Shown here: positions 29,566 through 40,284 of the stretch, in pieces | How the letters are laid out: every line of letters begins with the position of its first letter | How positions within the stretch are numbered: position 1 is the stretch's first letter | The notes under the pieces: model-generated | What the model was told of the DNA's origin: nothing | What the model saw: only the letters and a program-made list of their open reading frames with translations | Database searches by the model: none | Source of the DNA: an uncultured Cytophagia bacterium | GTDB lineage: Bacteria > Zhuqueibacterota > Zhuqueibacteria > Thermofontimicrobiales > Thermofontimicrobiaceae | Length of the DNA stretch: 64,000 nt | Reading direction: 5' to 3' | Assembly: GCA_964605145.1 (NCBI GenBank) | Contig: CAZSBG010000009.1 | Coordinates: 28,727-92,726 of the forward strand | Position numbers and translations under genes: made by a program

Positions 29566-30392
29566 TACAACTCGGCACCGCAGTGTTTGCAGAACTTCGC
29601 ATCACCATCATGCCCCTCGCCGCCGCACTCGGGACAGGCCTGGGTGGTTACTTTCTTTTCTTTAACTTTGGCAATTTCCACCGTGACAATCCCGGTGGGC
29701 ACGGCGATGATGCTGTAACCGAGTATCATAATAATTGCAGCCAGCGCCTGACCTGCGCCTGTTTTGGGCGAAATATCGCCGTATCCAACGGTGGTCAGCG
29801 TGACCACAGCCCAGTAAATGCTCCTCGGAATGCTGGTGAAGCCATGTTCCTCGCCTTCAATGATGTACATGAGAGAGCCTAAAATGATCACCAGCGTTAA
29901 TACGGCAAAAAGGAAAACCGTGATCTTCCGGCGACTGGCACGCAAGCCCTGCATCAGTACGCGCGCCTCGCTGAGGTATTGCACCAATTTCAGCACTCGA
30001 AAAATTCGTAAAACGCGAAGCACCCGAATGACAACGAGATATTGGCTGCCCGGGTAGAAAATGCTCAGGTATGTTGGAAGAATGGCCAGCAGATCGACAA
30101 TGCCAAAAAAGCTTCGCGCATAATACAGCGGTTTACCAACGCTGATTAACCGCAAAAAATATTCGATGGTGAAAAGAATGGTGAAAAACCACTCCATGGT
30201 AAAAAGTAATTGTCCGTGTCTTTGCTTTATGCTGCTCACGCTGTCCAGCATGACAACGATAACGCTGGCGACAATGCTCAAAATTAAAATGACATCGAAC
30301 CATTTGCCGGCCGGCGTATCTGCTTCGAAAATAATAACCTGAAGCGTGTTGCGCCAACCTTTGCGCGGACGTTTTTTTCTGTTTTCTTTCAT
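29565..30392 (-). CDS. Voltage-gated-like K+ channel (6TM) with C-terminal zinc-ribbon
   Basis: It has an S4 segment with Arg at every third position (RVLRVLRIFRVLKL) and the selectivity filter TTVGYGD. The C-terminus is CPECGG...CKHCG. Confidence 0.8.
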   Translation of the reverse strand: MKENRKKRPRKGWRNTLQVIIFEADTPAGKWFDVILILSIVASVIVVMLDSVSSIKQRHGQLLFTMEWFFTILFTIEYFLRLISVGKPLYYARSFFGIVDLLAILPTYLSIFYPGSQYLVVIRVLRVLRIFRVLKLVQYLSEARVLMQGLRASRRKITVFLFAVLTLVIILGSLMYIIEGEEHGFTSIPRSIYWAVVTLTTVGYGDISPKTGAGQALAAIIMILGYSIIAVPTGIVTVEIAKVKEKKVTTQACPECGGEGHDGDAKFCKHCGAEL

Positions 30393-30411
30393 TGGATTTG
30401 GGGTTTAAAAT

Positions 30412-31070
30412 TCAATCAAAATAGGCTGGTCGATTTGAATCCTTCAAATGCGCTTGAATTTCCTCGAGATGCCGGTCGTTGGTCCGACTCCACGAAAGCG
30501 GCGGCATATTACTAAATTCGAAAAAATCGACGCCCATGGTTTCGTTACTGGTCTGCGCCTCACCGCCGATAAGCTTGCAAAAGAATACAATTTTGTATGC
30601 ATGATAGAATTCCATTGGCCGGCCATCGCGATTTGCGTCGAATACACCGATGACTTTCGTTGGCTCGACATGGAATCCGCTTTCCTCTCTTACCTCGCGG
30701 GCCACCATGTCCGAAGGTGCGTCGCCCACATCTGCCCAGCCGCCTGGCATGCACCAATGCTCATCCGAGCGCTCCTGAACCAGCAGGATTTTGTTGTTGC
30801 GAATGACTGCACCGCGCACATCGATCTTGGGAGTGGCATAGCCCGGCTGCAAGCGGAAATTGTCGATGATTTTATCCTTCGGCAACTCCGCGTGATTTTG
30901 GATGATCTCCGCAGCAATCTCGCGCAGTCGGTGATAGCGAATGGCGTCGTAATCATCGCGACTGAACGTGAGCCCTGTCTGGCTCAGCGCCTGAATTTCC
31001 CGAGCCCAGGCTAACCACTGCGGCATGGTGGAATCCGGGAACGGTTTTTCTTCTTCATTGATTTGCATGT
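30412..31070 (-). CDS. Nudix hydrolase with Nudix N-terminal domain
   Basis: The Nudix box is GGWADVGDAPSDMVAREVREESGF. The tracked ORF extends 5' into the upstream gene, so the likely start is MQINEEEK at ~31070, which is preceded by an AGAGGG ribosome-binding site. Confidence 0.75.
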
Positions 31071-31192
31071 TGTATTTTCCCTCTATGGGTAATTCATTTT
31101 TTTTAGCCACAGAGACCGGAGAGCACTGAGAAAAGCTAAAAGTATTTCTGCTTTTATTTTTCCTCTGTGATCTCTGCGGCTCTGTGGCGCGT

Positions 31193-33115
31193 TCAGGGTA
31201 GCACTCGTCCATCATCCCTGTCGTCGCGTTCCATGGTGCGCAATCGTTTGAACATGTATTTAATATCTTTAAATCCGCCAAGCGTGAACCAAACTACTAC
31301 AACGATGGCAGCCACGAAAAATATGGTTAAATAAACATACCAGAATTTCATCCACGCCAAGTCGGACGGTTTGAGAATCAGGTTCAAAATGGTGCCAATG
31401 ACAAACACGGTGAACCAACCGAATATCCAGGTATACGTTGCAATATAAATAATTTTATCCCAAAATGAAAACTCCTTTCCAATACCAAGCAGTTTCAGGC
31501 CGCGTTGCTCTTTGTATGTTTCGTGCGCATGGTCAGCTTTTATTCGGTATCGTCCGCGCTTTAAAAGTTTATCCAAGTTGATCGGTTCCTTTCGGCTCAG
31601 CAAAGAAACGATAACGTAACTGAGCACCGCAGAGGACATGGCGATGAACGTCATTACCTGGCCGTTAATCGGGAAATTTTTTATGACCAGTTGAAGAACA
31701 ATACCGGAGATTGAAACGGTAGCGCCCACAATCATGGCGGTATACGCTGCTGTTGTGGTGCCCCTTTTCCAGTAAAGCCCGCCAATGATGACCGCTCCTG
31801 ACCCACCGGCAAAAATGGCCGCGGTAATGGCGAAGAACATTATGATATAATCGGTTTGTTTGAACAGCAGACTGAACAGAAAAATGAAAATCGCCACACC
31901 AACAATAGCGGCTCGCAATAAATTAATATGGGCTTTGGCTGAAAGTGGTTTTTTTCGCAATGGCATAACAACATCCTGGATGAAAATGGAGGCCCACGAG
32001 TGCAGGTAGGTATCGTGCGTGCTGATGAACGCTCCCACCATGACAGCCACGAACGCGCCCATTAATCCCACCGGCAGAAATTTCTTGAGCACCAACGGAA
32101 CCCGAAGCTGGTTTTGAATTTCCGGATTGTCCACGGTCTTCAAAACGTTGTTGACGAAAGTGGCCTCCGTAAAAAAATCAGCGTGATGCAGCACTGTGTA
32201 AGCGATCACCGGAATCAGCAGCATAAAAATAACCTGGGGCATGTTCCGCCAGTTGGACAGCACTGCGCCCATTTTAAACTCGTGCGCGCTTTTCGCGGAT
32301 GAATTGTAGCCCTGCGTGCCCTGCCAAGAAAGCGTGTTGTAAAAAACAATGGAAACGCCGATGAGAAAAAACCACAGGTTGAAATCAACAGCCTGGCTGG
32401 TTTTGAACGGATTGATGAGCGACGCGTTTTCCGGGGCAGTGGACAGCGCTTCGTAAATTTGTGTGAAATTGAATTTAGTGAAAAAGAAAATCACAATGAT
32501 GATGAAAATGATGTTGACGAACGTGCCCTGAATGAAGTCGGCGACCATCACTGCGATTTGCCCGCCGGCAAAGACGAAGAACACCGAAATGCCGATGAGC
32601 ACAATCATGCTGAACGCATACGTGGAAATGTCCAGTCCCAGGAATTGGAACGACGCCGGCAGTCCGCAGAAGTAAATGAAGAAGCGAGCGCCGACAGAAG
32701 GGAAAATTCCGAAGTTAATCAGCCCGGAAAAGAAAGCGAGCATGCCGGCAAATATTCTGAAATTTTTGCTGTAGCGCTGTTCGAAAAACTGCTGCATGGT
32801 GAGCGCGCGGGTCTCGCGGAAGCGATAACGCACCCAGCCGCTGGCAGTGACGATCAGAACAAAAATACCCATGGTCATATTCCACCAGGCCATGGGAAAG
32901 CCGGCATTGTAATTCATCTGAAAATTGGCGATGACGGTGATGGCCCCCAGCGCCGCGATTCCCTCGGCCACGCTGACGAGGTACCGACCGGCTGTTCTCC
33001 CTGCTGATAAAAAGTCTGCCACGCTGCGCATCAGTTTCCGACTGATGAGGACGCCGCTCAGCATAAAAGCAAACAGCGCAAGGACGATGGCCCAGTCGAT
33101 CCAGGTTAGGTTCAA
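31193..33115 (-). CDS. Sodium:solute symporter family transporter
   Basis: The SSS N-terminus is FLSAGRTAGR. A 640-aa multi-TM protein follows, with a C-terminal extension. Confidence 0.8.
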   Translation of the reverse strand: MNLTWIDWAIVLALFAFMLSGVLISRKLMRSVADFLSAGRTAGRYLVSVAEGIAALGAITVIANFQMNYNAGFPMAWWNMTMGIFVLIVTASGWVRYRFRETRALTMQQFFEQRYSKNFRIFAGMLAFFSGLINFGIFPSVGARFFIYFCGLPASFQFLGLDISTYAFSMIVLIGISVFFVFAGGQIAVMVADFIQGTFVNIIFIIIVIFFFTKFNFTQIYEALSTAPENASLINPFKTSQAVDFNLWFFLIGVSIVFYNTLSWQGTQGYNSSAKSAHEFKMGAVLSNWRNMPQVIFMLLIPVIAYTVLHHADFFTEATFVNNVLKTVDNPEIQNQLRVPLVLKKFLPVGLMGAFVAVMVGAFISTHDTYLHSWASIFIQDVVMPLRKKPLSAKAHINLLRAAIVGVAIFIFLFSLLFKQTDYIIMFFAITAAIFAGGSGAVIIGGLYWKRGTTTAAYTAMIVGATVSISGIVLQLVIKNFPINGQVMTFIAMSSAVLSYVIVSLLSRKEPINLDKLLKRGRYRIKADHAHETYKEQRGLKLLGIGKEFSFWDKIIYIATYTWIFGWFTVFVIGTILNLILKPSDLAWMKFWYVYLTIFFVAAIVVVVWFTLGGFKDIKYMFKRLRTMERDDRDDGRVLP

Positions 33116-33300
33116 AGTATTCTCCTGAAATCATGAAATCTTTAGAAATCAAGTAAAAAGAATTATTTGATGCAGTGGTTATATGGAATATTGGAAGAAT
33201 GGAATGGTGAAACAGCAATTTTCCAACATTCCAGAATTCCATCCTTCCATAATTTTGAATTTTTAGTACTATTTCGGAAAAATGCAATATTCAATTTTGA

Positions 33301-34410
33301 CTACTGTTGCCACACCCTGCCATCCTGATCAATGTGCCAGGTTTCATCATTGGTTTTATTCTTTATTCGCGCTTCAAATAAATTTTGGGTGATTTCGATT
33401 TTCGGGGGCCAGGTCCAATCCTGCAAATTCGGATTGGTCAGTCGGATGTCGATCAGCGCTGTGGTGAATTTGCCGTGCTTCATGAAATAATTTTTCTGGC
33501 CGTAATAAATTTGCCGCAGCGCCCATTTTATGTCTTCTCGCTCATCCCACGTAAATTCATCCTTTTCTGTGCCGGCAATGTTTTCGGAAAACCGGACAAA
33601 TCCCCACATTTCCGGGTAATGCATGTTTATCAATCCCTGGGGCGACCAGACCCAGTTGTCCTCCGGATAGGATTTGCCTGTTTCCGGATTGATGAGCTTG
33701 CGGTACTTGCCGTCCTTTGTTTCAATTTGCCACTCGACGCGGGAAAAATTAACGCGCCACACATCGCCGGAAAGGGGAGGGGCCTGTTTATGCGCACATT
33801 CGACGAGAACGCTCCAGGGCATGGCCACTTCCAGGGTCCAAAATTTGTCCTCATGCCGGGGATCATTTATGGTGCCATCGACCCATACAGCGGTTTGCAG
33901 ACCCTGAATGTCCCACGAGTCAACAGCAGAGCCGCCATCGCGATACGGCTTGGTCAGAAACAAGTCCCACTCGGTGCTGAACGCGTTCATTTCAAATTCA
34001 TAGTATTCGTGTGTGTCCCCATCCGGATCGATGAAAATTTCAAAATCATTGTCATAGAAAATGACGGCATCGCGTTTCGTCAACGTTGCCCAGATGTGAG
34101 GTTCTTCCAGTTCCGCGGCAAAATAGAAAAAGTTATCATCCCACAGCATCTTGGCCCGGGTTCGGAAACGCGGCTTCGGTTTGAGCGAGCCTTCGATGTC
34201 CACGAAATCGTCCGTCCACGCGGCTTCGGCCCAGATGGCTTCGTCAATTTTCCCATCGATAATAATGGGCGATTGGCTGCGATAGCAGATGTAATGCCTG
34301 GGCCCAAATTTTATTTTCGGGACCGGATATTTATTCCCGGATTGGGCGAAGCTACCGTTCGTAGAAAGGAAAATGAAAAGAACAGCGTAAAAAGATAAAA
34401 CTCGTTTCAT
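33301..34410 (-). CDS. Secreted CBM9-like (DOMON-like) carbohydrate-binding domain protein
   Basis: A signal peptide is followed by IIIDGKIDEAIWAEAAW...FYFAAELEE, an aromatic-rich beta-sandwich pattern typical of CBM9-like domains. The long ORF on the opposite strand, 33385-34398, looks like antisense noise. Confidence 0.55.
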   Translation of the reverse strand: MKRVLSFYAVLFIFLSTNGSFAQSGNKYPVPKIKFGPRHYICYRSQSPIIIDGKIDEAIWAEAAWTDDFVDIEGSLKPKPRFRTRAKMLWDDNFFYFAAELEEPHIWATLTKRDAVIFYDNDFEIFIDPDGDTHEYYEFEMNAFSTEWDLFLTKPYRDGGSAVDSWDIQGLQTAVWVDGTINDPRHEDKFWTLEVAMPWSVLVECAHKQAPPLSGDVWRVNFSRVEWQIETKDGKYRKLINPETGKSYPEDNWVWSPQGLINMHYPEMWGFVRFSENIAGTEKDEFTWDEREDIKWALRQIYYGQKNYFMKHGKFTTALIDIRLTNPNLQDWTWPPKIEITQNLFEARIKNKTNDETWHIDQDGRVWQQ

Positions 34411-34546
34411 AATTCTCCCCTGTAATCATCCAGCAAGTGAAAATATATTTTGATAAACCACGAAGCTCGCGGAGTTCACGAAGAAAAAGATGTTGAAAAA
34501 ATATTCTTTTCCTTCTCAGTAGTGTAATTCACTTTTTTAAATATCG

Positions 34547-34708
34547 CTACCGAACATTTTTAAATTATGTTCGGTAGAGCTGTCATTCCCGTACCACAGG
34601 CATTCCCTTCGGTCACATGCCTGCAAAGTTGCATTATATTTTTAGATGAAAGCAGACTTTGCTTTTAGCGGAATCTCATCGAGATATAGAATGAGATTCC
34701 TGTCCTCC
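34547..34708. repeat. MITE-like palindromic element, copy 1 (TGTCATTCCCG... family)
   Basis: A hairpin CTACCGAACAT...ATGTTCGGTAG is followed by TGTCATTCCCGTACCACAGGCATTCCCTTCGGTCACATGCCTGC. An internal GGAATCTC...GAGATTCC hairpin follows. Near-identical sequence recurs in reverse orientation at 38744-38885 and 45470-45548. Confidence 0.6.
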
Positions 34709-34827
34709 AAAAAGATGGCGGATCTACGACAAAAAACGCGCGCGCGACCGAATGAAGTCCAGCGGAAATGACGGACAAAGGGTATTCTGACTATATAGCA
34801 CTTTTCAGTACTGACAATTCACAATTC

Positions 34828-36198
34828 TCAATTGATTTTGTTTCGATAAACCGGATGCGCCTCGGTGTTGAAAATCACACCATCGAAATCCAGTGTTTCT
34901 TCCGGCGCGAACAACAGGTGCAAATATTTCAGTGTTTCAGCCAGGAAAAAACTTTCCATGCTGTCGTCTTTTTCTTTGGTGATAACGCTCTTCAGCGCGG
35001 CAAATCCGGAGTCTGTACGGCAGAATTTGATGATGCTGTTCAGGTACGTTTCACCCATGTGCAAATATTTTTCATCCTTTGTGAAATGGTACAAATAATA
35101 AGCGGACTCTATGTTTTCAGGGCGAAGCACGTAATAGGGAGCCGTGACCTGCATGGCGCTGTAATCGATCTGCTCCGGCTCGATGTCGTGAAGCGCCCAC
35201 ATTTTGTAGCACGATTCCTGGAGCCGGGCCGCTCGCTCCACATCGCCACCCAGGGCTAACACGGCAGGGAAAAACGCATCCAGCGCGCCGAACCGGGCCG
35301 CAACTCGCTCCCCGCTGTCCATATCGACGTGACCGTACCACAGCCCGGTTTCCGTTTCATCGGCCAGGTATGTGTTGATGGCAGCGACGCTCGTTTCCCA
35401 CATATTTTTGAATTCGTCATCTTCAAACAAAATCGCTGCTTTGAGCAGGTACTCGTAAAACGAATCGATCATGCCGCTCAAATGGCAGGTTTTGTTGATC
35501 CATTGCCCGGTCTCGACATTGATTGTTGTGCCCACCAAATCTATTTCGGAGCGGCGCGAAAACAATTCCACGATGGCGCGCTTTGCTTTGTCGAAATAAA
35601 CCGGATTGCCGGTCATCCGGGACAGCGTCCCGAATTCGATGATGAGCGTGCCAATCTCAGCCGGATTGTTGATGGAGCCGCCGCTGACGCCGGTTTTCAA
35701 ATTGACGTTCACGTATGGCATGCCGGTGGGTGAATCGAAAACAGGGAGGAGGCGATTGCCCAGATCGGTCGCCAGATCGAGGAAACGCTGGTCGCCATCC
35801 AGTTGATATGCGGAGAGGAGTCCACCCAGCAGTCGAATGGTGATCTCAAAATTCTGAACTGAAATGTCCAGGTCGAAGGTCAGGTTATTGAGGATCAGGT
35901 CTTTGGCTTCCCGGGCCTGTTCATCCAGCCCCATCAAAATCATGGTGTCGAACGCATCCACCGGGGTCATGTACAGCGAAACGCCGTACCAGTCGCGGTA
36001 GGATTTGCTCAACGGTTTCAGGGCGTCGTGGCCCCAGGCGTATTGTTTGTAGCTGTTCCACGCATGGAGAAATTCAGCGCGGACCTGCTCGGCCAATTCC
36101 GGCTTTCTTTGGGAAATGGTTTTTGTATCTTTTTTTGAATTGCAACCGAACGTGAAAATTAACACAGGTAAAAGCAAAACAAACTTTATAATTTTCAT
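34828..36198 (-). CDS. Glycoside hydrolase family 47 alpha-1,2-mannosidase-like lipoprotein
   Basis: It has the GH47 motifs AWNSYKQYAWGHDALKPLS and RLLGGLLSAYQLDGDQRFLDLATDLGNRLLPVFDSPTGMPYVNVNL. The likely start is MKIIKFVLLL...FGC at ~36198, carrying a lipobox; the tracked ORF extends further 5'. Confidence 0.8.
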   Translation of the reverse strand: MKIIKFVLLLPVLIFTFGCNSKKDTKTISQRKPELAEQVRAEFLHAWNSYKQYAWGHDALKPLSKSYRDWYGVSLYMTPVDAFDTMILMGLDEQAREAKDLILNNLTFDLDISVQNFEITIRLLGGLLSAYQLDGDQRFLDLATDLGNRLLPVFDSPTGMPYVNVNLKTGVSGGSINNPAEIGTLIIEFGTLSRMTGNPVYFDKAKRAIVELFSRRSEIDLVGTTINVETGQWINKTCHLSGMIDSFYEYLLKAAILFEDDEFKNMWETSVAAINTYLADETETGLWYGHVDMDSGERVAARFGALDAFFPAVLALGGDVERAARLQESCYKMWALHDIEPEQIDYSAMQVTAPYYVLRPENIESAYYLYHFTKDEKYLHMGETYLNSIIKFCRTDSGFAALKSVITKEKDDSMESFFLAETLKYLHLLFAPEETLDFDGVIFNTEAHPVYRNKIN

Positions 36199-36461
36199 TT
36201 CAAAGCTCCAACAAAAATTCTCTTTTGAAAATATTGAATTACCACAGGTCACATAGTCCACAAATAAAAAATCAAAAGCAAATTTCATTTTGATCAACCT
36301 GGATCGTTCTGGAGTTTTCTCCAGAACGCAATTTAAATTCAGACATTTGTCTGATCTGTAAAATGGACCGACTCATCTGATCGCTGACTGCAAAATTTAT
36401 TAAAGCCTTTTCTTTGTGCCCTCTGCGCGCTTTTTGGTTCCATAGTTTTTTACAAAAAATT

Positions 36462-37619
36462 TTATTCAACCGAATCCTTCCCACTGGTCAGCCAATTCAG
36501 CGAAAATTTTTCGAATACGATTGTTTCGTACGGATGCTCGCTTCCGGCTTCGTACAAACAAGCAATGTCCAGGTTCGGGAGCACCGCCAGGCCGGAATAG
36601 GCCGAAGGCCCTTCGTGCAAAGTGCGGGCAACCGGCCAGGTCTTGCCTTCGTCGTAGCTGAGGCGAACCGTCATTTTTACGCGGCTCTCCTCGCTTGCAG
36701 GATTGGAAAATAGCAATCGGTTTTTCCCATCCTCTGATTCCAGCGTGTAGCGAATGAAACTTGCCTGGCAAATCGGCTCGATGAGTGTGGAATCGTAATA
36801 CACCTCGGACCAGCTTTCGCCGCCGTCTTCGCTGGTGGATATGGCGCGGTATTGGAATTCCCGGCGATTATAATTGCGCATGTTCAGCATCAGTCTGCCA
36901 TCGGCCAATTCCACAGCCTGACATTCGTTGACCTGGTCGACCGGCGTGCTGCCGCCCAAATGCCAGGTTTGTCCCGCATCATCGGAATAAATGATGTGCG
37001 AAAAATATTTCTCTGTTTCCGCTTCGATGTGATCGCACGGAATGACCAGTCTGCCGGCGCGCTCGCCTCGCTGCAATTGAATGCCGGTGCAGGGCCCGGT
37101 GGCGTACCACGTCCAGTTTTCCTGCTTGACGTCTTGGGTAATTTCGGTTGGCGTTGTCCAGGTCAATCCATCATCGCTTGAGGATGAAATGAAAATTCGC
37201 CGCGTATCCTCACTTTCCTGCTTAATGATTTGCGGCTCGTGGTCAGTGCCGAGATTCCGGGTCATCAGCAGAAAAATTGTCCCTGATTTTTGATCAACCA
37301 CAGGACAGGGATTGCCGCACACATTAACGCCATCGTCCCAGATCACCTGCTGGTCGCTCCAGGTTGCTCCATTGTCCGCGGATCGCTTCACCAGCATGTC
37401 GATGTTGCCTGTGTCGCCCTGGCTTCCTTTTCTGCCTTCACAAAAAGCCAATAACGTCCCCGCTTTCGTCACAAGCAGCACCGGGATTCGGTATGTGTGA
37501 TATCCGTCCTGTCCGCTCACGAATAAATTGACTCTTGTTGTTTGTTGTGGTTTTCCGCAGAATAGAAAGATGGAAATAAGGGAGAGAAGGAAAATCAATT
37601 TAATGAAGTATTTTTGCAT
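36462..37619 (-). CDS. GH33 exo-alpha-sialidase (BNR/Asp-box repeats)
   Basis: It has the YRIP motif and four Asp-boxes: [23 protein letters not shown] and SEDGGESW. The likely start is MQKYFIKL...FCG at ~37619, a lipoprotein signal. Confidence 0.8.
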   Translation of the reverse strand: MQKYFIKLIFLLSLISIFLFCGKPQQTTRVNLFVSGQDGYHTYRIPVLLVTKAGTLLAFCEGRKGSQGDTGNIDMLVKRSADNGATWSDQQVIWDDGVNVCGNPCPVVDQKSGTIFLLMTRNLGTDHEPQIIKQESEDTRRIFISSSSDDGLTWTTPTEITQDVKQENWTWYATGPCTGIQLQRGERAGRLVIPCDHIEAETEKYFSHIIYSDDAGQTWHLGGSTPVDQVNECQAVELADGRLMLNMRNYNRREFQYRAISTSEDGGESWSEVYYDSTLIEPICQASFIRYTLESEDGKNRLLFSNPASEESRVKMTVRLSYDEGKTWPVARTLHEGPSAYSGLAVLPNLDIACLYEAGSEHPYETIVFEKFSLNWLTSGKDSVE

Positions 37620-37705
37620 GTTTTGGTTATTCCTTTGTGGTTTGATGGAATAGTGTTGTAAAAAAGAATCACGCAAAGACGCAAAGAAAAACTAAAATTT
37701 TCTTA

Positions 37706-38575
37706 TCATAGTTCAGATTTTATTAAATCTCTGAGATACGCCCGGAGCGGCTCGGCAAATTCTTCGCGCTTCAAGCCGAATTCGATTTGCGTTTTGAGAT
37801 AATCAAATTTATTCCCAATATCGTACCGCTTGCCGTGAATGGTGTGCGAGTAGATCGATTCTTTTTTCAGCAGCATTCGCATGGCGTCGGTCAATTGAAT
37901 TTCATTATTTTTGTCGATGGGCGTTTGTTCGAGAATGTCAAAAATTCCCGGGGTGAGAATGTAACGCCCGGCAATGGCCAGGTTGGAGGGGCTCTGCTCG
38001 GCCGAAGGCTTTTCGACAAGTTGTGAAAGCTTCAAAATCCCGGGACTTACTTCATCACCCCCAACAATGCCGTAACTTGACACTTTTTCGCGGGGTACTG
38101 TTTCCACGGCCAGAACGCTGCTTTTGAATTGTTGAAAAATATCCATCAATTGCCGCGTTACAGGCATTGGCGAATCGAGAATGGTATCGCCCAATAACAC
38201 GGCGAACGGTTCGTCGCCCACGTGACTCCTGGCGTACCGAATGGCGTCGCCCAAACCGTTCTGCTCTTTCTGCCGAATGAAATGAATATCAGCCATGTCC
38301 GCTAATCGAATCATTTCATCGTAGGCAGGATCGTTTTTTTCGCGGAGTCGCTGTTCCAGCTCAAAATTGCGATCGAAATGATCGCCAATGGCGCGTTTGC
38401 CCTTGCCTGTGATGATGAGAATGTCTTCAATGCCTGAATCGACCACCTCTTGCACGACCAATTGAATGGTTGGCGTATCGATAATGGGCAACATTTCTTT
38501 GGGCTGGGCTTTTGTCGCCGGAAGAAAACGGGTGCCAAATCCTGCTGCCGGAATCACTGCTTTCTTTATTTGCAA
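37706..38575 (-). CDS. galU: UTP--glucose-1-phosphate uridylyltransferase
   Basis: The sequence KAVIPAAGFGTRFLPATKAQPKEMLPI is the canonical GalU N-terminus. Confidence 0.85.
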   Translation of the reverse strand: MQIKKAVIPAAGFGTRFLPATKAQPKEMLPIIDTPTIQLVVQEVVDSGIEDILIITGKGKRAIGDHFDRNFELEQRLREKNDPAYDEMIRLADMADIHFIRQKEQNGLGDAIRYARSHVGDEPFAVLLGDTILDSPMPVTRQLMDIFQQFKSSVLAVETVPREKVSSYGIVGGDEVSPGILKLSQLVEKPSAEQSPSNLAIAGRYILTPGIFDILEQTPIDKNNEIQLTDAMRMLLKKESIYSHTIHGKRYDIGNKFDYLKTQIEFGLKREEFAEPLRAYLRDLIKSEL

Positions 38576-38743
38576 AGAATTTCTCCTTAAAAAATTGATT
38601 TTTTTAAATCCTCAAACTATTATTTAGAATTGCGATCAGCTCTCAGCATTCAGCTATCAGCTTCCTGAGTAAAAAAGGAATCATCATTTGACCATTCTTC
38701 TTTCAATGAACCTAATACTACTTGGCCAGATTATCCATTTGTT

Positions 38744-38885
38744 GTCATTCCTGCGTGCTTTTTGCAGGAATCTCAATCAATATCGTGAGGAGATTCCCTA
38801 AAAGCAAAGTCTGCATTCATTTAAAAATATAATGAAACTTGGCAGGCATGTGACCGAAGGGAATGCCTGTGGTACGGGAATGACA
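38744..38885. repeat. MITE-like palindromic element, copy 2
   Basis: It runs from TGTCATTCCTGCG to CGGGAATGACA. Nested hairpins are present (CCTGC...GCAGG and GGAATCTC...GAGATTCC). The right half is the reverse complement of copy 1. Confidence 0.6.
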
Positions 38886-39005
38886 TTGATATGGAAGAAT
38901 TACTCAGTATTTCGAGACAATTGTTAATTAGACAAAATCGTACTAAGTTACGTTTTGTAACTCAATTCTTTTCCTTCGTGCTCTTTGTGGTTGAATAAGT
39001 TTTAT

Positions 39006-40001
39006 CTAAACCAGCTTAGGAATAATCACTTCCGCATCAATTTTTTTCATCGCTAATCTTAATTCTTCCAAGATGGCTTCCGATTTGTACGTGCCAATAA
39101 TCGAACCGCCGGAGCCGGCGAATTTGGCCGAAACGCCGCACGCCCGGGCCGTCCCCACCAGTTCCTTGTTCCGACCGCTGATGTTCATGATTTTACTGCG
39201 GAGATCAAAATTTTCATTGATCAATTGGTGCAGCGATTGGGAGTCGCCGCGTTGCAATGCTTCTTTGCCCTGTTCCGTGATGGCTGCAATTCGATTCAGC
39301 GTTTTGATGACATGCCTGTCCCCGCGGTCGTATTTCACGCGAATGTCGTTCAAAACACGGCCGGAGACTTTGCTCAGCTTCGTGCTGTACGCAATGTACA
39401 CCGGCGGCAATAACCCGATGGACAATGGCTCATAAATGCCGTAACCGTTTTTGTCCAAAAATTCTTTATCGAAATCCATGAAAACGCAGCCTTCGTAAGT
39501 TTGAATCACCCGATCCTGCAACCCGGCGTTGATGCCTAATTCTTTCAGCTCTGCGTTGAGAATGAGCGTCGGCAAAATGTGGCGGGGAATGGCTACATCG
39601 TAAAATTGCAAGAGCGCCCGCATACACGCAGTGACGATGGCGCTGGACCCTGCCAATCCGATTTGCCGGGGAATGGTGGACGCGTATTCGATGGTGAAAT
39701 TTTTTCGCTCCAATTTAATTCCATTTGAATTGCAGTATTCGTGAAATTTTTTGATAGCTGCTTTGATGAGCCGCTCGCCCCCGTAATAGCCGTGAAGCGC
39801 GATTTTTTCGGAGAGATCATCTAAACTTTCGAACTCATTTAAGTCCTGTTGTTGCGGAGTGATTTTCAGTATTTTCGATTCAGTAAGTTTAACCCTGGCG
39901 GAAAAATTCTTAACAATGATGGAAGTCGTCTTTCCGTTATATCCGTCCGAAGGATTGCCCAAAAGCCCGGCGCGTGCGTATGCGAAGGTTTCGATGGTCA
40001 T
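39006..40001 (-). CDS. GHMP-family sugar kinase
   Basis: The N-terminal motif ARAGLLGNPSDGY is followed by the GHMP ATP-binding loop GLAGSSAIV. It is adjacent to galU. Confidence 0.6.
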   Translation of the reverse strand: MTIETFAYARAGLLGNPSDGYNGKTTSIIVKNFSARVKLTESKILKITPQQQDLNEFESLDDLSEKIALHGYYGGERLIKAAIKKFHEYCNSNGIKLERKNFTIEYASTIPRQIGLAGSSAIVTACMRALLQFYDVAIPRHILPTLILNAELKELGINAGLQDRVIQTYEGCVFMDFDKEFLDKNGYGIYEPLSIGLLPPVYIAYSTKLSKVSGRVLNDIRVKYDRGDRHVIKTLNRIAAITEQGKEALQRGDSQSLHQLINENFDLRSKIMNISGRNKELVGTARACGVSAKFAGSGGSIIGTYKSEAILEELRLAMKKIDAEVIIPKLV

Positions 40002-40214
40002 GCGCGTGTTCCGTGTTCCTTAGATTCGAGGTGGTTTATAAATTAAATTCTACCATAAAATTGTATTTTGAATTAATTTTGACGTTTTGATGGCAAGCCT
40101 ATAATTAAAAATAAATTTGGTAATAATGCAAACAAAAAATGAAATATTTTAAAATTCTTGTGGTTGCTGCTGAGAAATAATAAAAATAACTTCAAGCCCT
40201 GGAGACTTTGTGGC

Positions 40215-40263
40215 AAAATAAAAAAAGCCATCAACACCGGGATTTAACCCTGTATTGATGGCT
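40215..40263 (-). terminator. Intrinsic terminator downstream of dcp
   Basis: Read on the minus strand, AGCCATCAATAC-loop-GTGTTGATGGCT is followed by TTTTTTTA. Confidence 0.55.
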
Positions 40264-40284
40264 GTAATTTCACACATTAAAAAC

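Noticed and set aside
31081-31192. Imperfect inverted repeat GCCACAGAG...CTCTGTGGC between the symporter and Nudix genes as a terminator
   Set aside because: It has a 9-bp stem with a loop of more than 50 nt and an A-tract rather than a U-tract after it on the transcribed (minus) strand. It is more likely an intercistronic structure than a terminator.
33385-34398. 337-aa plus-strand ORF antisense to the CBM9-like gene
   Set aside because: Its translation is Arg/Gly/Pro-rich with no motifs. The minus-strand ORF has a signal peptide and a coherent CBM9-like domain. This is a typical long antisense ORF in moderately GC-rich coding DNA.
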